From Paludibacteraceae bacterium (GTDB taxonomy: Bacteria > Bacteroidota > Bacteroidia > Bacteroidales > Paludibacteraceae), in NCBI GenBank assembly GCA_905236355.1, contig CAJOPG010000134.1:4595-68594 (forward strand): a stretch of DNA of 64,000 bases. The letters run 5' to 3'. Of this stretch, positions 11,301 to 19,528 are shown in pieces. The notes beneath the pieces are model-generated. The model was not told the origin of the DNA and did no database searches. It saw nothing but the letters and a program-made list of their open reading frames with translations. Numbering within the stretch: the first letter of the stretch is position 1; each line of letters starts with the position of its first letter. Made by a program: the position numbers and the translations under genes.

Positions 11301-11476
11301 GCACTGCCGATATACCATAAGTTATTCCATATGATACTCGAGTTCTTAGGTGTATTCAGATTCCACTGTGCGTTTTCAACTGCATCTTCAAAATCACACT
11401 TATATGAGGATAATGCTTGCGCATTCATTCCCATAGCGAACAACAAAAGCAGCAATATGTTTGCTATTCTTTTCAT
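8315..11476 (-). CDS. Secreted 1053-aa surface protein, paralog of 11476..14598: N-terminal adhesin-like domain, Fn3-like domain, conserved central domain of unknown function, Cys-containing repeats, Ig-like region, T9SS type-A-like C-terminal sorting domain
   Basis: Signal peptide MKRIANILLLLLFAMGMNA|QA. Motifs YHTIHYLPGEYDARTY, QPRFTLDIVD, HYGYAYFTLNC, two ...GCDSV... repeats and RYQWYKNAVAV. The C-terminus MMRLVGVDGVLLLQQQLEEGQTFVSLNVSKGIYFLQLQPRNDKGRVVVIQVR resembles Por/T9SS C-terminal domains. The ATG overlaps the upstream stop by 1 nt. Confidence 0.85.
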   Translation of the reverse strand: MKRIANILLLLLFAMGMNAQALSSYKCDFEDAVENAQWNLNTPKNSSIIWNNLWYIGSAVSNGGTNSLYISSDGGVTASYAQTNQIMIAWRELTLESGNYDIVFDWRSMGTPGSYIKVCWVPESYFDDFVCGSNSTISGRKWITDNELELQGVDTLYGSSAWQHGMSSLTSDGTPHRLLFVWRTTSTAAVLLPGACIDNIQIARNNCGRPTDLEVNMHGTMATFSWHSSAERFALRYSRLDENEYQVIDDIIGSSVTVPLQHGVYNVSLQVYCQGDTSVWYAFPPVIVYDSNCFNYLDLTDDNCSYSDSTASDYTKNKYKPGKLDYGYAASYSYHTIHYLPGEYDARTYNSKDEDGNDVNPLRTIPEGEIASVRINGWRGRPASVAGKSEENARVARVTYDYVVDKADASNLILKYAVVLQVPTHDELQQPRFTLDIVDAETGEALSHCTTVDFAATLLNAKKEGWYFGTIEDGDSKVIWKDWTTIGLNLAEYDGRHIQVVLSAYGCTASVHYGYAYFTLNCIKGGIEGIQCGNNLTEQFIAPEGFKYHWYKETNPSEKLANADQRIFPVAYDDTTHYAVECIYPTDAGCSFVLTACATPRFPIPEISYSLQQKDCKNIVRLVNTSHIRTKIIKEDRYIDTEARPDYVLWDLGELGSQTYDWEPEISVPATGGRYLVSLRAAVGLCDSTQYLELVIPAISDTVVTDSIQLCAGDFYVYQSRMISSDTTIITEGKTIAGCDSVHQLKIKFVDKIEVRLDTVLAEGDTLWCDGVAMTQTDTYTYNFVSTAGCDSVLTVNLTVVPRLRVVADSVLMPCGDEKTVAIPYKVTSGTASGCKVEFSEEAIVAGWRDTVFVFTLQEGEMLLSIPANIPGWYSLQLRFESEENGTVLLPIEIMVRYPSSLLSQRWSDVIGIKSSETEYARYQWYKNAVAVDNADSPYLYVPDGLEIGAEYSVELFTISAERGVMSCPIVATAVADSEIEITPTVVSEGVPVRIRLSESAMMRLVGVDGVLLLQQQLEEGQTFVSLNVSKGIYFLQLQPRNDKGRVVVIQVR

Positions 11477-14400
11477 CAGTTATTGCGTCTTACTTTTCTA
11501 CCAAATATATCGTAGCGGATGTCATCCGTTTCAATGTATAACCGCTGATTTTCTAACACCTTCTTAACTCTCTTTGCCGAGGCATCCGAATTGTCAGGAA
11601 CAACCATATCAAACACAAACGGGCAGATTATCAGTGGTGTTCCATCTTCCAACTTTACCTCTACATAATATTCATTGGTTGCATCATTTAGTCCGTCGGC
11701 ATGTATCCAAGAACCCGTTGCACCCTCTATCGCCTTATCATTACAATACCACTGATAGGAACTGAAACGGAACCCTCCGTTATAGTTCTCGTTCAGTATG
11801 GCAAGTACATTATCCCATTTTGCCTTTACTATACTCTTAGGCAGATTAACGACAAACGGAACATACGACATCTGCGGGTCACACCATGGTGTAACAATAG
11901 CAACCTCCGCCTCCATATTGCCCGAAGGAATCCCATTCAACGGGATGGCCAATTCCATGTCCGGTTGGTCCGCCTCAAACTCATAGTCTTCCCCTATTGC
12001 CGGTATATATACCCTTATCTTATCCGCATATTCCGAGTTGCTCACCTTCAAGACAAAGGCATCTTCATCTGCACAAATAAGGGCAGAATGAAGCGATACT
12101 GCAAATTCGGGCAACGCGGCAAGATGTAAATGCACTATTGAATCACACCCCGTCTGTTCGGATGTAAAAGTAGCAATATAATCGTTCCCCGCCCTGTTTA
12201 TCTCCATCCCGCCAAACCGATAGGAACCTCCTGCGCAAATAGTATCATATAATACTGAGTCACGAATTGCCGTTACATTCAGCAACTGATGCACAATACT
12301 GTCACAACCCGTCCATGTCTTAAGTGTATCAACCATTGAATAGTTGCCTACCGCAATATTCTTGTATAAGGAGTCGGCCCATAAGAAAGACTGGCTTCCA
12401 TCTTGCAGCTCACATATCATTGTATCCGCCAAGTAGGTATCCACCTTGTCTATTGCCGGAACATTTATTGTGACATTCCGCACACTGTCTGCATACTCTT
12501 TCCCCCGCACCCAATTGCTTGCATGTAGCGAGTACACAAAGGTTTCTCCCTCATTAGAACAAGGTATATACCAACCATCATAGTTCAACTGATCGGTCTG
12601 GGTTCCATCAGGCAATTCCCATAATGCCGTCATCAGCTTCATATCATACCTGTCTTCTATCTCACCTGTAATCTGATTATGCAGTTGCACATGACTCGCA
12701 TTTCTTACAATAATCCCATTCTGGCAATTTTCAGGAACCCACTCCCACTGAATCTCAGCCTTAGGAGTATGCGGACGGGCTGTGGCTTCCATCAAATAAT
12801 CGCACTCACTGTTAGACGCATATATGATACGACAAAAATAGTTGGTCGTGTCATTTTCATTCACTTCAAACTTATAGTCGGTTGACAGAATATTTTCCGG
12901 TTCTCCTTCTTTGTACCACTCATAGTTGAACCCGTTCGGGGCGGTGAAGACATTAGTCGAAGAATCTTCCCCCCATGGGATACCCTCCATCTCGGAAGAT
13001 ATACAATTTAGCGTAAAATAGCAATAACCGTAATGACCGCCTTGATCGCAATCGTATGAAGTTATAATAATTGTCAGTGTAGAATCAATCCAATCATCCA
13101 AATTAAGTCCTACCGCGCGCCAATCTTGCCACCAATTGCCTTTCTCTTTATTTTCATACCACAAACTCATGTATTGCGGATCGTCCTGTTTCTCGGCTTT
13201 TGTCGGTGTATGGAAGTCCACCGTACCACATTTTATATCAATGGGTTCGCCTGCAGCATTTAATATATCTATTGTCAGGCGCGGTTGGTCTTGTTCTGGG
13301 TGGTCGCCGGTTTCTTGTAGCACCATAGCATACTGAATCAACAAAATCGACCCCATATTTCCGGGAACAGTATAATTAAAGGTGATACTTTCATATTGTG
13401 AACTGGTTTCCCAGTTGCCTAATCTAACAGAGCCAAATGCACCTTCGGGAACTGTTTTCAGACTGATTGGATTCCCGTTTTTATCTTTCGTTCCTATAGT
13501 TCGCACATCATATTCATCCTGCATATAATGGGTTGTATGGCGACTTTTCTCCGAAGCATACCCCCAGTCCACTTTTTCATAACCTGACGGAGACTTGCCC
13601 GTTCTTGCATTCCAAGTACCGGTTTCATAAGTCGCTCCATACATGTTCAAAGCATCAAAACAATCGGTTTCATATACATACAATGGCTTGATGTAGTAGT
13701 ATATAGTGGTGTCCGCCCCAACTATTCCCCGCATCCAGAACTCATAAGCCCCAAACTCCATCTGATACTTAGAGAATACAGAGTTGGCTGTTTCACCTTC
13801 TTCCCAAGCTCCCGTTTGTCCTGAATCCGACAGTTTACGATAACGGACTTCGTACTTATCGGCCTCGAATGCCTCCCAATACAGATTGGAATAACCTTGC
13901 AAATAATCTACATGTGCGTTCTGCGGCCATTCTGATTCCGGAGACTTGGACAATTGAATATTATCCAGCATTATACTTGAAGGGGTCGGATTTGTCTTGG
14001 CAGTATTCAACCACTCTATCAACAGGGACAAGTTACGCGTCGGATGTTGTACATTTTCCCATGTCGCGCTTATAGAAAATTTGGTTTGAATATGTTGCCA
14101 TTCTTCCTCACCCGAGAGGCGAACCACATTCTCGCCCATTATTGAAAAAGATTTGCTGTTCTGAAGAAAAGCAGGTTCTCCACTCCCACTCCGGCAGTAT
14201 AAGTCAGACCCATTTTGTGAGGTTATCAACACCCTTACATACCCTTCATCCCCATTACCCTGTCCTTTCCAGTCAAAGGCGAAGTCATAATCACCTTTTT
14301 CCAACTGCAATTCACGATAGGCTAAAACAATATTGGCAGAAGACGGATTATATACAGCGGCAGTCGCATTGGAAGATATATACATTGCGTGTGAACCATC

Positions 14401-14598
14401 GTAAGCATCCGCCGTCCCCACTAACCACAGATTGTCGGTAGGAGCACTTTGATTCAGCACCCACTGTGAATTTTCCGTATCGTCTTCAAAGCCACAAAAA
14501 TAAGGGAGGTCTGACATTGAAACAGGAGCAGCATGCGTGCAGAAATATACAGGCACACAAAGCCCCCATACTACTATCAACAGACCTAACCTTTTCAT
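11476..14598 (-). CDS. Secreted 1040-aa surface protein, paralog of 8315..11476, with the same domain order but no T9SS-like tail; ends in a different short C-terminal motif
   Basis: Signal peptide MKRLGLLIVVWGLCVPVYFCTHA. Motifs RHTTHYMQDEYDVRTI, QPRLTIDILN, HYGYCYFTLNC, two ...GCDSIVH... repeats and SYQWYCNDKAIEGATG. The C-terminus is KVLENQRLYIETDDIRYDIFGRKVRRNN. Stop TGA 11478-11476 overlaps the ATG 11476-11474 of the next gene (TGATG). Confidence 0.85.
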   Translation of the reverse strand: MKRLGLLIVVWGLCVPVYFCTHAAPVSMSDLPYFCGFEDDTENSQWVLNQSAPTDNLWLVGTADAYDGSHAMYISSNATAAVYNPSSANIVLAYRELQLEKGDYDFAFDWKGQGNGDEGYVRVLITSQNGSDLYCRSGSGEPAFLQNSKSFSIMGENVVRLSGEEEWQHIQTKFSISATWENVQHPTRNLSLLIEWLNTAKTNPTPSSIMLDNIQLSKSPESEWPQNAHVDYLQGYSNLYWEAFEADKYEVRYRKLSDSGQTGAWEEGETANSVFSKYQMEFGAYEFWMRGIVGADTTIYYYIKPLYVYETDCFDALNMYGATYETGTWNARTGKSPSGYEKVDWGYASEKSRHTTHYMQDEYDVRTIGTKDKNGNPISLKTVPEGAFGSVRLGNWETSSQYESITFNYTVPGNMGSILLIQYAMVLQETGDHPEQDQPRLTIDILNAAGEPIDIKCGTVDFHTPTKAEKQDDPQYMSLWYENKEKGNWWQDWRAVGLNLDDWIDSTLTIIITSYDCDQGGHYGYCYFTLNCISSEMEGIPWGEDSSTNVFTAPNGFNYEWYKEGEPENILSTDYKFEVNENDTTNYFCRIIYASNSECDYLMEATARPHTPKAEIQWEWVPENCQNGIIVRNASHVQLHNQITGEIEDRYDMKLMTALWELPDGTQTDQLNYDGWYIPCSNEGETFVYSLHASNWVRGKEYADSVRNVTINVPAIDKVDTYLADTMICELQDGSQSFLWADSLYKNIAVGNYSMVDTLKTWTGCDSIVHQLLNVTAIRDSVLYDTICAGGSYRFGGMEINRAGNDYIATFTSEQTGCDSIVHLHLAALPEFAVSLHSALICADEDAFVLKVSNSEYADKIRVYIPAIGEDYEFEADQPDMELAIPLNGIPSGNMEAEVAIVTPWCDPQMSYVPFVVNLPKSIVKAKWDNVLAILNENYNGGFRFSSYQWYCNDKAIEGATGSWIHADGLNDATNEYYVEVKLEDGTPLIICPFVFDMVVPDNSDASAKRVKKVLENQRLYIETDDIRYDIFGRKVRRNN

Positions 14599-14649
14599 GA
14601 CTCAATATCGAAATGTTACGATTTTACGCCAATATTATAAAAATCGCTG

Positions 14650-14681
14650 CAAAAATAAGCGTTTTTTTTTTTTTGTACAAA
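14650..14681 (-). promoter_or_regulatory. Bacteroidetes-type promoter (-33 TTTG, -7 TAnnTTTG) for the surface-protein gene cluster
   Basis: The minus strand reads tatTTTGtacAAAAAAAAAAAAAcgctTATTTTTGcagcg. The TTTG is at 14681-14678 and TATTTTTG at 14657-14650, with a 20-nt spacer. The box lies 52 nt upstream of ATG 14598. Confidence 0.55.
14662..14674. repeat. Homopolymer T13 (A13 on the coding strand) inside the promoter spacer
   Basis: Direct count in gTTTTTTTTTTTTTg at 14661-14675. It is the longest homopolymer I noticed in the window. Confidence 0.95.
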
Positions 14682-14786
14682 TAAAAAGTGCTTTTTGTAG
14701 CAAAATGTTACACCAAGCACCCGCAAATTGTATGGATATGTATGGAATATATACATATCATACTATAAAATAAAACATGTAATACA

Positions 14787-14814
14787 GGAGAGAGACCGTA
14801 CGCAGTCTCTCTCC
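14787..14814 (-). terminator. Hairpin downstream of htpG (putative terminator)
   Basis: GGAGAGAGAC (14787-14796), loop cgtacgca, GTCTCTCTCC (14805-14814): a perfect 10-bp stem 25 nt past the htpG stop. On the minus strand it is followed by tgtattacatgttttatttta. Confidence 0.5.
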
Positions 14815-14838
14815 TAAAATGTATGTATGTCAAATATG

Positions 14839-16908
14839 TCAGAGTAGTTCTACGGAACGATTGACAAACTTGGCAAGGCTTTCACCTTTGAGCATTCCAC
14901 CGGCAAGAAGGGCGATGTCAATGAGCTGTTTCATGCGACTATTGTCTTTGGCAACAGCGGCATAGAGTTGCTTGAGTTGGTTTTTGAGATCTGCCACTTC
15001 TTTGGTCAGATTGCTGACAGCATCTTTCTCTTCCTGCGTAAGTTCATCATACTTTTTATCTTTCTGTTCGTCACGCAAGCGTTGCTCTTCCTGCTCTTTG
15101 GCTGTTATCTGCTCTGAGAGAGGTGCAACTTGTTCATGGGTCTGCTCTACCACATCTTCTGCCAAGCGTTGAATAAGTGGATGGGCAGTATTGAGCACAA
15201 GGTTATATTGGTCCGGCATCTGCCCATAGAAAGACATGCCTTGCTGGTGAGCAGACATCTCCTTCATACGGCGCATCCACTCGTTTTGAGTCAGGAAGAC
15301 AGGCAGCGCATCTGTGCTGACACTTTCCAAAGAAACGGTATAGTCGGGTTTGCCGCTTTGTTCCGTCGATTCATTGTTCAGAAGGCTCTCAAAGGAATAG
15401 CGCAAAGCGTCTTCCTGCTCTGCTGTGAGAGTTACCTTTTCCTTGTCTTCTTTCTTGATAAGATTTTCAATAACATCTGCGTCAACGCGTGTGAATCGCA
15501 TATTCTCGTTTTTCTGTTCGGTCTGCGAGATAATATGCACATCCAGTTCGCTATCCATCAACAAAACATCATAGCCTTTTTCCTTTGCACGCTGTATGTA
15601 GGCGTAAGATGCATCGGCATCTTGGGTGTAGAGCACTACAAGATTGCCATCCTTGTCGGTTTGTTTTTCCTTGATGAAGTCTTTGTATTCGTCAAGTGTA
15701 TAGAATTTCTTGTCGATATTTTCAAAGAGTGCAAATTTGACGGCACGCTCATAGAACTTCTCATCGGAAAGCATACCAAACTGTATGAACAGTTTGATGT
15801 CGTTCCACTTTTTTTCGAAGTCTTCGCGTTCGTTTTTGAACATCTCGGCGAGTTTGTCCGCCACCTTCTTGGTGATGTGTCCGCTGATTTTCTTGACGGC
15901 GGCATCGCTTTGCAGATAAGAGCGGCTTACATTGAGGGGGATGTCAGGGGAGTCAATAACACCATGTAGCAGAGTGAGGTACTCGGGTACGATATTCTCT
16001 ATTTCATCGGTAACAAAGACCTGATTGCAATAAAGTTGGATTTTATTGCGACGGATGTCGAGGTTGTTCTTTATTTTGGGGAAATAGAGAATACCAGTCA
16101 GGTGGAAAGGATAGTCCACATTGAGATGTATGTGGAAGAGGGGTTCATCGAACTGCATGGGATAGAGTTCGTGATAGAAATTTTTATAGTCTTCTTCCGT
16201 GAGGTCGACCGGCTTCCGTGTCCATGCGGGTGTAGTGTTGTTTATAACATTTTCTTCGCCGGTTTCCTGCTCTCGTCCGTCCTTCCACTCTTTTTTCATG
16301 CCGAAGGCAATCTCAACAGGGAGGAACTTACAGTACTTGGTAAGCAGTTCCTGGATTTTGCTATCTTCCAGAAACTCTTTGTTTTCACTGTCAATATGTA
16401 GCACGATGTCGGTACCGCGTTCAGCCTTGATGGTATCTTCCATTTCATAGACGGGAGAGCCGTCGCATGACCAATGGACCGCTTTGGCGTCCTCTTTATA
16501 AGACAAGGAAAAGATTTCCACTTTTTTGCTGACCATAAAGGCGGAGTAGAATCCGAGTCCGAAGTGTCCGATGATAGCGGCAGCGTTGTCCTTATACTTA
16601 TTGACAAACTCTTCAGCTCCGGATAAAGCAATCTGGTTGATGTATTTGTCCACTTCTTCGGCGGTCATACCGATACCATGGTCACTGACAGTAAGCGTTT
16701 TCTTTTTCTTGTCAATGCTGACGCGCACCCGCAGGTCGCCAAGATCGCCTTTGGCTTCTCCGACAGATGAGAGTGTTTTCAATTTTTGGGTAGCATCCAC
16801 CGCATTACTTACCAACTCACGAAGAAAAATCTCGTGGTCACTATAAAGAAATTTTTTGATGATGGGGAAGATATTGTCTGATGTTACCCCGATATTACCT
16901 TGTGCCAT
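14839..16908 (-). CDS. htpG: Molecular chaperone HtpG (Hsp90 family)
   Basis: 689 aa. The N-terminus MAQGNIGVTSDNIFPIIKKFLYSDHEIFLRELVSNAVDA and GHFGLGFYSAF are Hsp90/HATPase signatures. Full-length ORF. Confidence 0.95.
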   Translation of the reverse strand: MAQGNIGVTSDNIFPIIKKFLYSDHEIFLRELVSNAVDATQKLKTLSSVGEAKGDLGDLRVRVSIDKKKKTLTVSDHGIGMTAEEVDKYINQIALSGAEEFVNKYKDNAAAIIGHFGLGFYSAFMVSKKVEIFSLSYKEDAKAVHWSCDGSPVYEMEDTIKAERGTDIVLHIDSENKEFLEDSKIQELLTKYCKFLPVEIAFGMKKEWKDGREQETGEENVINNTTPAWTRKPVDLTEEDYKNFYHELYPMQFDEPLFHIHLNVDYPFHLTGILYFPKIKNNLDIRRNKIQLYCNQVFVTDEIENIVPEYLTLLHGVIDSPDIPLNVSRSYLQSDAAVKKISGHITKKVADKLAEMFKNEREDFEKKWNDIKLFIQFGMLSDEKFYERAVKFALFENIDKKFYTLDEYKDFIKEKQTDKDGNLVVLYTQDADASYAYIQRAKEKGYDVLLMDSELDVHIISQTEQKNENMRFTRVDADVIENLIKKEDKEKVTLTAEQEDALRYSFESLLNNESTEQSGKPDYTVSLESVSTDALPVFLTQNEWMRRMKEMSAHQQGMSFYGQMPDQYNLVLNTAHPLIQRLAEDVVEQTHEQVAPLSEQITAKEQEEQRLRDEQKDKKYDELTQEEKDAVSNLTKEVADLKNQLKQLYAAVAKDNSRMKQLIDIALLAGGMLKGESLAKFVNRSVELL

Positions 16909-16920
16909 AATTGTTATGTT

Positions 16921-16960
16921 GTTTAGTATTGTTCCGTATTGTTTGGTGTGGTTTAGAATA
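16921..16960. repeat. Four tandem 10-nt phased units just upstream of the htpG start
   Basis: gtttagtatt gttccgtatt gtttggtgtg gtttagaata, with GTT anchors at 16921, 16931, 16941 and 16951. Confidence 0.6.
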
Positions 16961-16994
16961 CATTTATAATAGGTTTCCTTTATGCTTCTGATAT

Positions 16995-17027
16995 GCTTTT
17001 GATGTATCGATGATGTTTCGATGCTGC
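16995..17027. repeat. Copy of the dispersed intergenic core repeat GCTTTTGATGT(T/A)TCGATGAT...TCGATGCTGC
   Basis: gcttttgatgtatcgatgatgtttcgatgctgc. By hand alignment, 30 of 33 positions match the copy at 37157-37190. It lies 87 nt upstream of the htpG ATG. Confidence 0.7.
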
Positions 17028-17186
17028 TACCTGATTATATGCATATCGATATTCTGCTCCTACCTGATCTTCTCTATATTGATTTATATTCACTCACGCT
17101 TTTATTCGGTTTTTCATCGAAGCATATTGCATACCCGCTGTTCATCCTTCCAAATCAACCGCAAGAAATATAGCCAATAATATGCC

Positions 17187-17223
17187 AAAGTGGTATTCTG
17201 CCAAATTGGCAGAATACCACTTT
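17187..17223 (-). terminator. Strong hairpin downstream of 17267..19510 (putative terminator)
   Basis: AAAGTGGTATTCTGCC aaatt GGCAGAATACCACTTT: a perfect 16-bp stem 44 nt past the stop at 17267. The arms end in a TTT run on either strand. Confidence 0.6.
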
Positions 17224-17266
17224 CTGTTAGTATGTTTGCTTATTTATCTGCTTTTTGTTGAACTTC

Positions 17267-19510
17267 TTATTCGGTTTCGCCTCTAATTTCATATCGGCTT
17301 TTTCCTTTATAATCGGCAAGTTCATCAACCGGGGCAGTAATTGCCGTTACAGAATGTTTGTTGACTCCCTGTTGTTCGGTAAGGTAGCGTACCACGAACT
17401 GATTGCGTTGATTGGCATCTTGCAGTACCTGTGTTTGCAGAGAGTCAGCCGTATAATATTCTACTGCGCGCTTCTGCAGACCACCTTTTTTACCAACCAT
17501 AGGTTCGATGAATGCAGCAAAGCCGCTGTTGTTATCTTTAATAGCACGAATACGATCGATATCCACTAATGTAAGGGGTCCGGGCGGAAGGTCAGTATGT
17601 TGCGACTCATAGTAGGCTCTTTTGAGATTGAAGACCGCCTTTTCCTGTATAGCATCCTGTAAGTTAAATTGCTGATAGAGCGAGAGCGTGAGTTCTTCGT
17701 GTTCTTTCATCATTTGTGCAATGGCATCCAATTTTCTGTACTGCTCCAATGCGAAGTCAGGCTGAAGCATATCCACTTGAATTTGTGTAAGGTCGCCGAC
17801 ATCCTTGTTGGCGGCGGCTGCGATAGCGACGAATGGTGCCGCCGTGGCTTTAAGCAGCGCATTACCAATGGCACGCCCGATGATTTTGCCAAGTGAGAAT
17901 TTAGGTGAGTTGATATCCCCTGTAATCGGCACTTCAAGATTGATTTTTCCGTTCACATCAGTCATAAGGTTGATGCCTGCCTTAAGGGGGACATTCTTGA
18001 GTTCAGCATCCAAACGGTTGTTTTTGCGCCCCAATTTGAAATTATAAATTTCTATTTTCTCAGTAGCATCAATTACCCCTTTCCTAATAGCATTATCACT
18101 GGTTACAGAAAGAGTTCCTTCCTTGACGGGATAAGCAAACATATATTCCACCCATGGCGAAAGGTCCTCAAGCTGCACATTTTTGAGCATCGCCACAATG
18201 CGTGTATTTCCCTTTTCCATATTGACAGCCCCCCTCCAATTGGCGAGAAAACTTCCCCCATGAGGGAGTAATCCGCGCAGAACAATATGGTTATCACCCG
18301 TTAGATTTACATTATTGGCAGAAGCGGATATCCCTCTGATATTATAATTGAACTTGGAAAAGAGTGTTTTATCAACATAGTTGACCGATGAAGAGGTGAG
18401 TCGGAAATTCTTTATTTTGATTGTCGGTTGGTTGCTGACGGTTGGTTGCGTTGCAGGCGGTGCGGATTCCGTCTCTATTGTGTCAACCTCTTGCTCCTCT
18501 TCTGATTCCTCCACATCAAAAAGGCGGGAAAGAGTGGTATAGTTTTGTGCACGGGTAAAGTTGACATGCAGACTATCAACAAGTACTGAATCTATGTTAT
18601 ACACCTGTGGACCGGGACTGATTTCTGTCAGTTTGACCGCCATTTGTCTAAGGGTGACGACAGGGTCTCTATCTTCATCTTTCAACTCCAGATTGTCAAT
18701 TTGTGCATTTCCCTGCACGCGTACCCCCATAATATTGTCCAGACTCCCGGAGGCAAGGAGGTGTCCGCTGAGCCATGCGTGAAAGGAATGGATATTGAGG
18801 TACTCTTTGACAATCGGCTCTGCCTGAGTCAAATCGATATCTTTGAGGTCAAAAATAACGGAATACATGTTGGATGACATATTGTATGCCCCTCTCAACC
18901 GGAGATTACCTCCATTGTCAGGCAAATCGAGCGAGAGACCGGCATCAGACTGCTGATTGTCAAAATGCAGTCCCGGAACAACGAGGTTAACATTCTCTAT
19001 ATTCCATTCATTATGGCGTTTGCGGTCTTGATAAGCAATTTTTCCTCCGCGCAGACGAATGTCGTTGAGGTCTATTGTCCAAGAAGAAGGAGTGGTGTCA
19101 GGTTCTTGCGGTTGCTGAGCATCGTTGGAAGCGAAGCGTTGCGGAATATCCGAGAAATTGAAACAGGTGTCGTTGCTCCAGATATTGACATTGAAGTCGG
19201 TAAGATGAATTCTGCGCAGACAAACATCCTTTCCTATAAGTCTAAAGAGACTTGCCCGTACATACAGTTCACGGAATCCGACAAACTCGTTATCAGAACC
19301 GGCATCAGTGCAATGAAGGTTCTTGATGCGTACACTGCCATTAAAGGGACAGACATGCAGGCCTCCTATCTCTACTTTGCGTCCTATCCATTGTTCACTA
19401 TGATTTTGCACGACAACTTTCGCTATCGGCGAGCCGACAAACTCTATCAGCAACAGAAGCAGCAGAATACTTCCTGTCACTATAACTGCTATTTTCAGCG
19501 TTTTTTTCAT
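17267..19510 (-). CDS. Large envelope protein with N-terminal membrane anchor, DUF748/AsmA-like (tentative family call)
   Basis: 747 aa. N-terminal TM helix KIAVIVTGSILLLLLLIEFVG followed by a long beta-rich body. The family was recalled from the N-terminal pattern only. Confidence 0.6.
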   Translation of the reverse strand: MKKTLKIAVIVTGSILLLLLLIEFVGSPIAKVVVQNHSEQWIGRKVEIGGLHVCPFNGSVRIKNLHCTDAGSDNEFVGFRELYVRASLFRLIGKDVCLRRIHLTDFNVNIWSNDTCFNFSDIPQRFASNDAQQPQEPDTTPSSWTIDLNDIRLRGGKIAYQDRKRHNEWNIENVNLVVPGLHFDNQQSDAGLSLDLPDNGGNLRLRGAYNMSSNMYSVIFDLKDIDLTQAEPIVKEYLNIHSFHAWLSGHLLASGSLDNIMGVRVQGNAQIDNLELKDEDRDPVVTLRQMAVKLTEISPGPQVYNIDSVLVDSLHVNFTRAQNYTTLSRLFDVEESEEEQEVDTIETESAPPATQPTVSNQPTIKIKNFRLTSSSVNYVDKTLFSKFNYNIRGISASANNVNLTGDNHIVLRGLLPHGGSFLANWRGAVNMEKGNTRIVAMLKNVQLEDLSPWVEYMFAYPVKEGTLSVTSDNAIRKGVIDATEKIEIYNFKLGRKNNRLDAELKNVPLKAGINLMTDVNGKINLEVPITGDINSPKFSLGKIIGRAIGNALLKATAAPFVAIAAAANKDVGDLTQIQVDMLQPDFALEQYRKLDAIAQMMKEHEELTLSLYQQFNLQDAIQEKAVFNLKRAYYESQHTDLPPGPLTLVDIDRIRAIKDNNSGFAAFIEPMVGKKGGLQKRAVEYYTADSLQTQVLQDANQRNQFVVRYLTEQQGVNKHSVTAITAPVDELADYKGKSRYEIRGETE

Positions 19511-19528
19511 ACTTCTAACGGATTAAGA

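Noticed and set aside
11479-11760. A T9SS type-B (gliding-type) C-terminal domain in 11476..14598
   Set aside because: I saw no PNGDG/ND-like motif or typical ~90-aa terminal domain pattern. Only the short LY(I/L)..D.I.Y.I.G tail is present.
1-14838. The surface-protein cluster as a mobile genomic island
   Set aside because: I could not see an integrase, transposase, tRNA target or flanking direct repeats. The left boundary is outside the window, so this remains untestable here.
15130-15969. 279-aa plus-strand ORF
   Set aside because: It is antisense to the well-supported htpG CDS and has no recognisable motifs. It looks like a typical shadow ORF.
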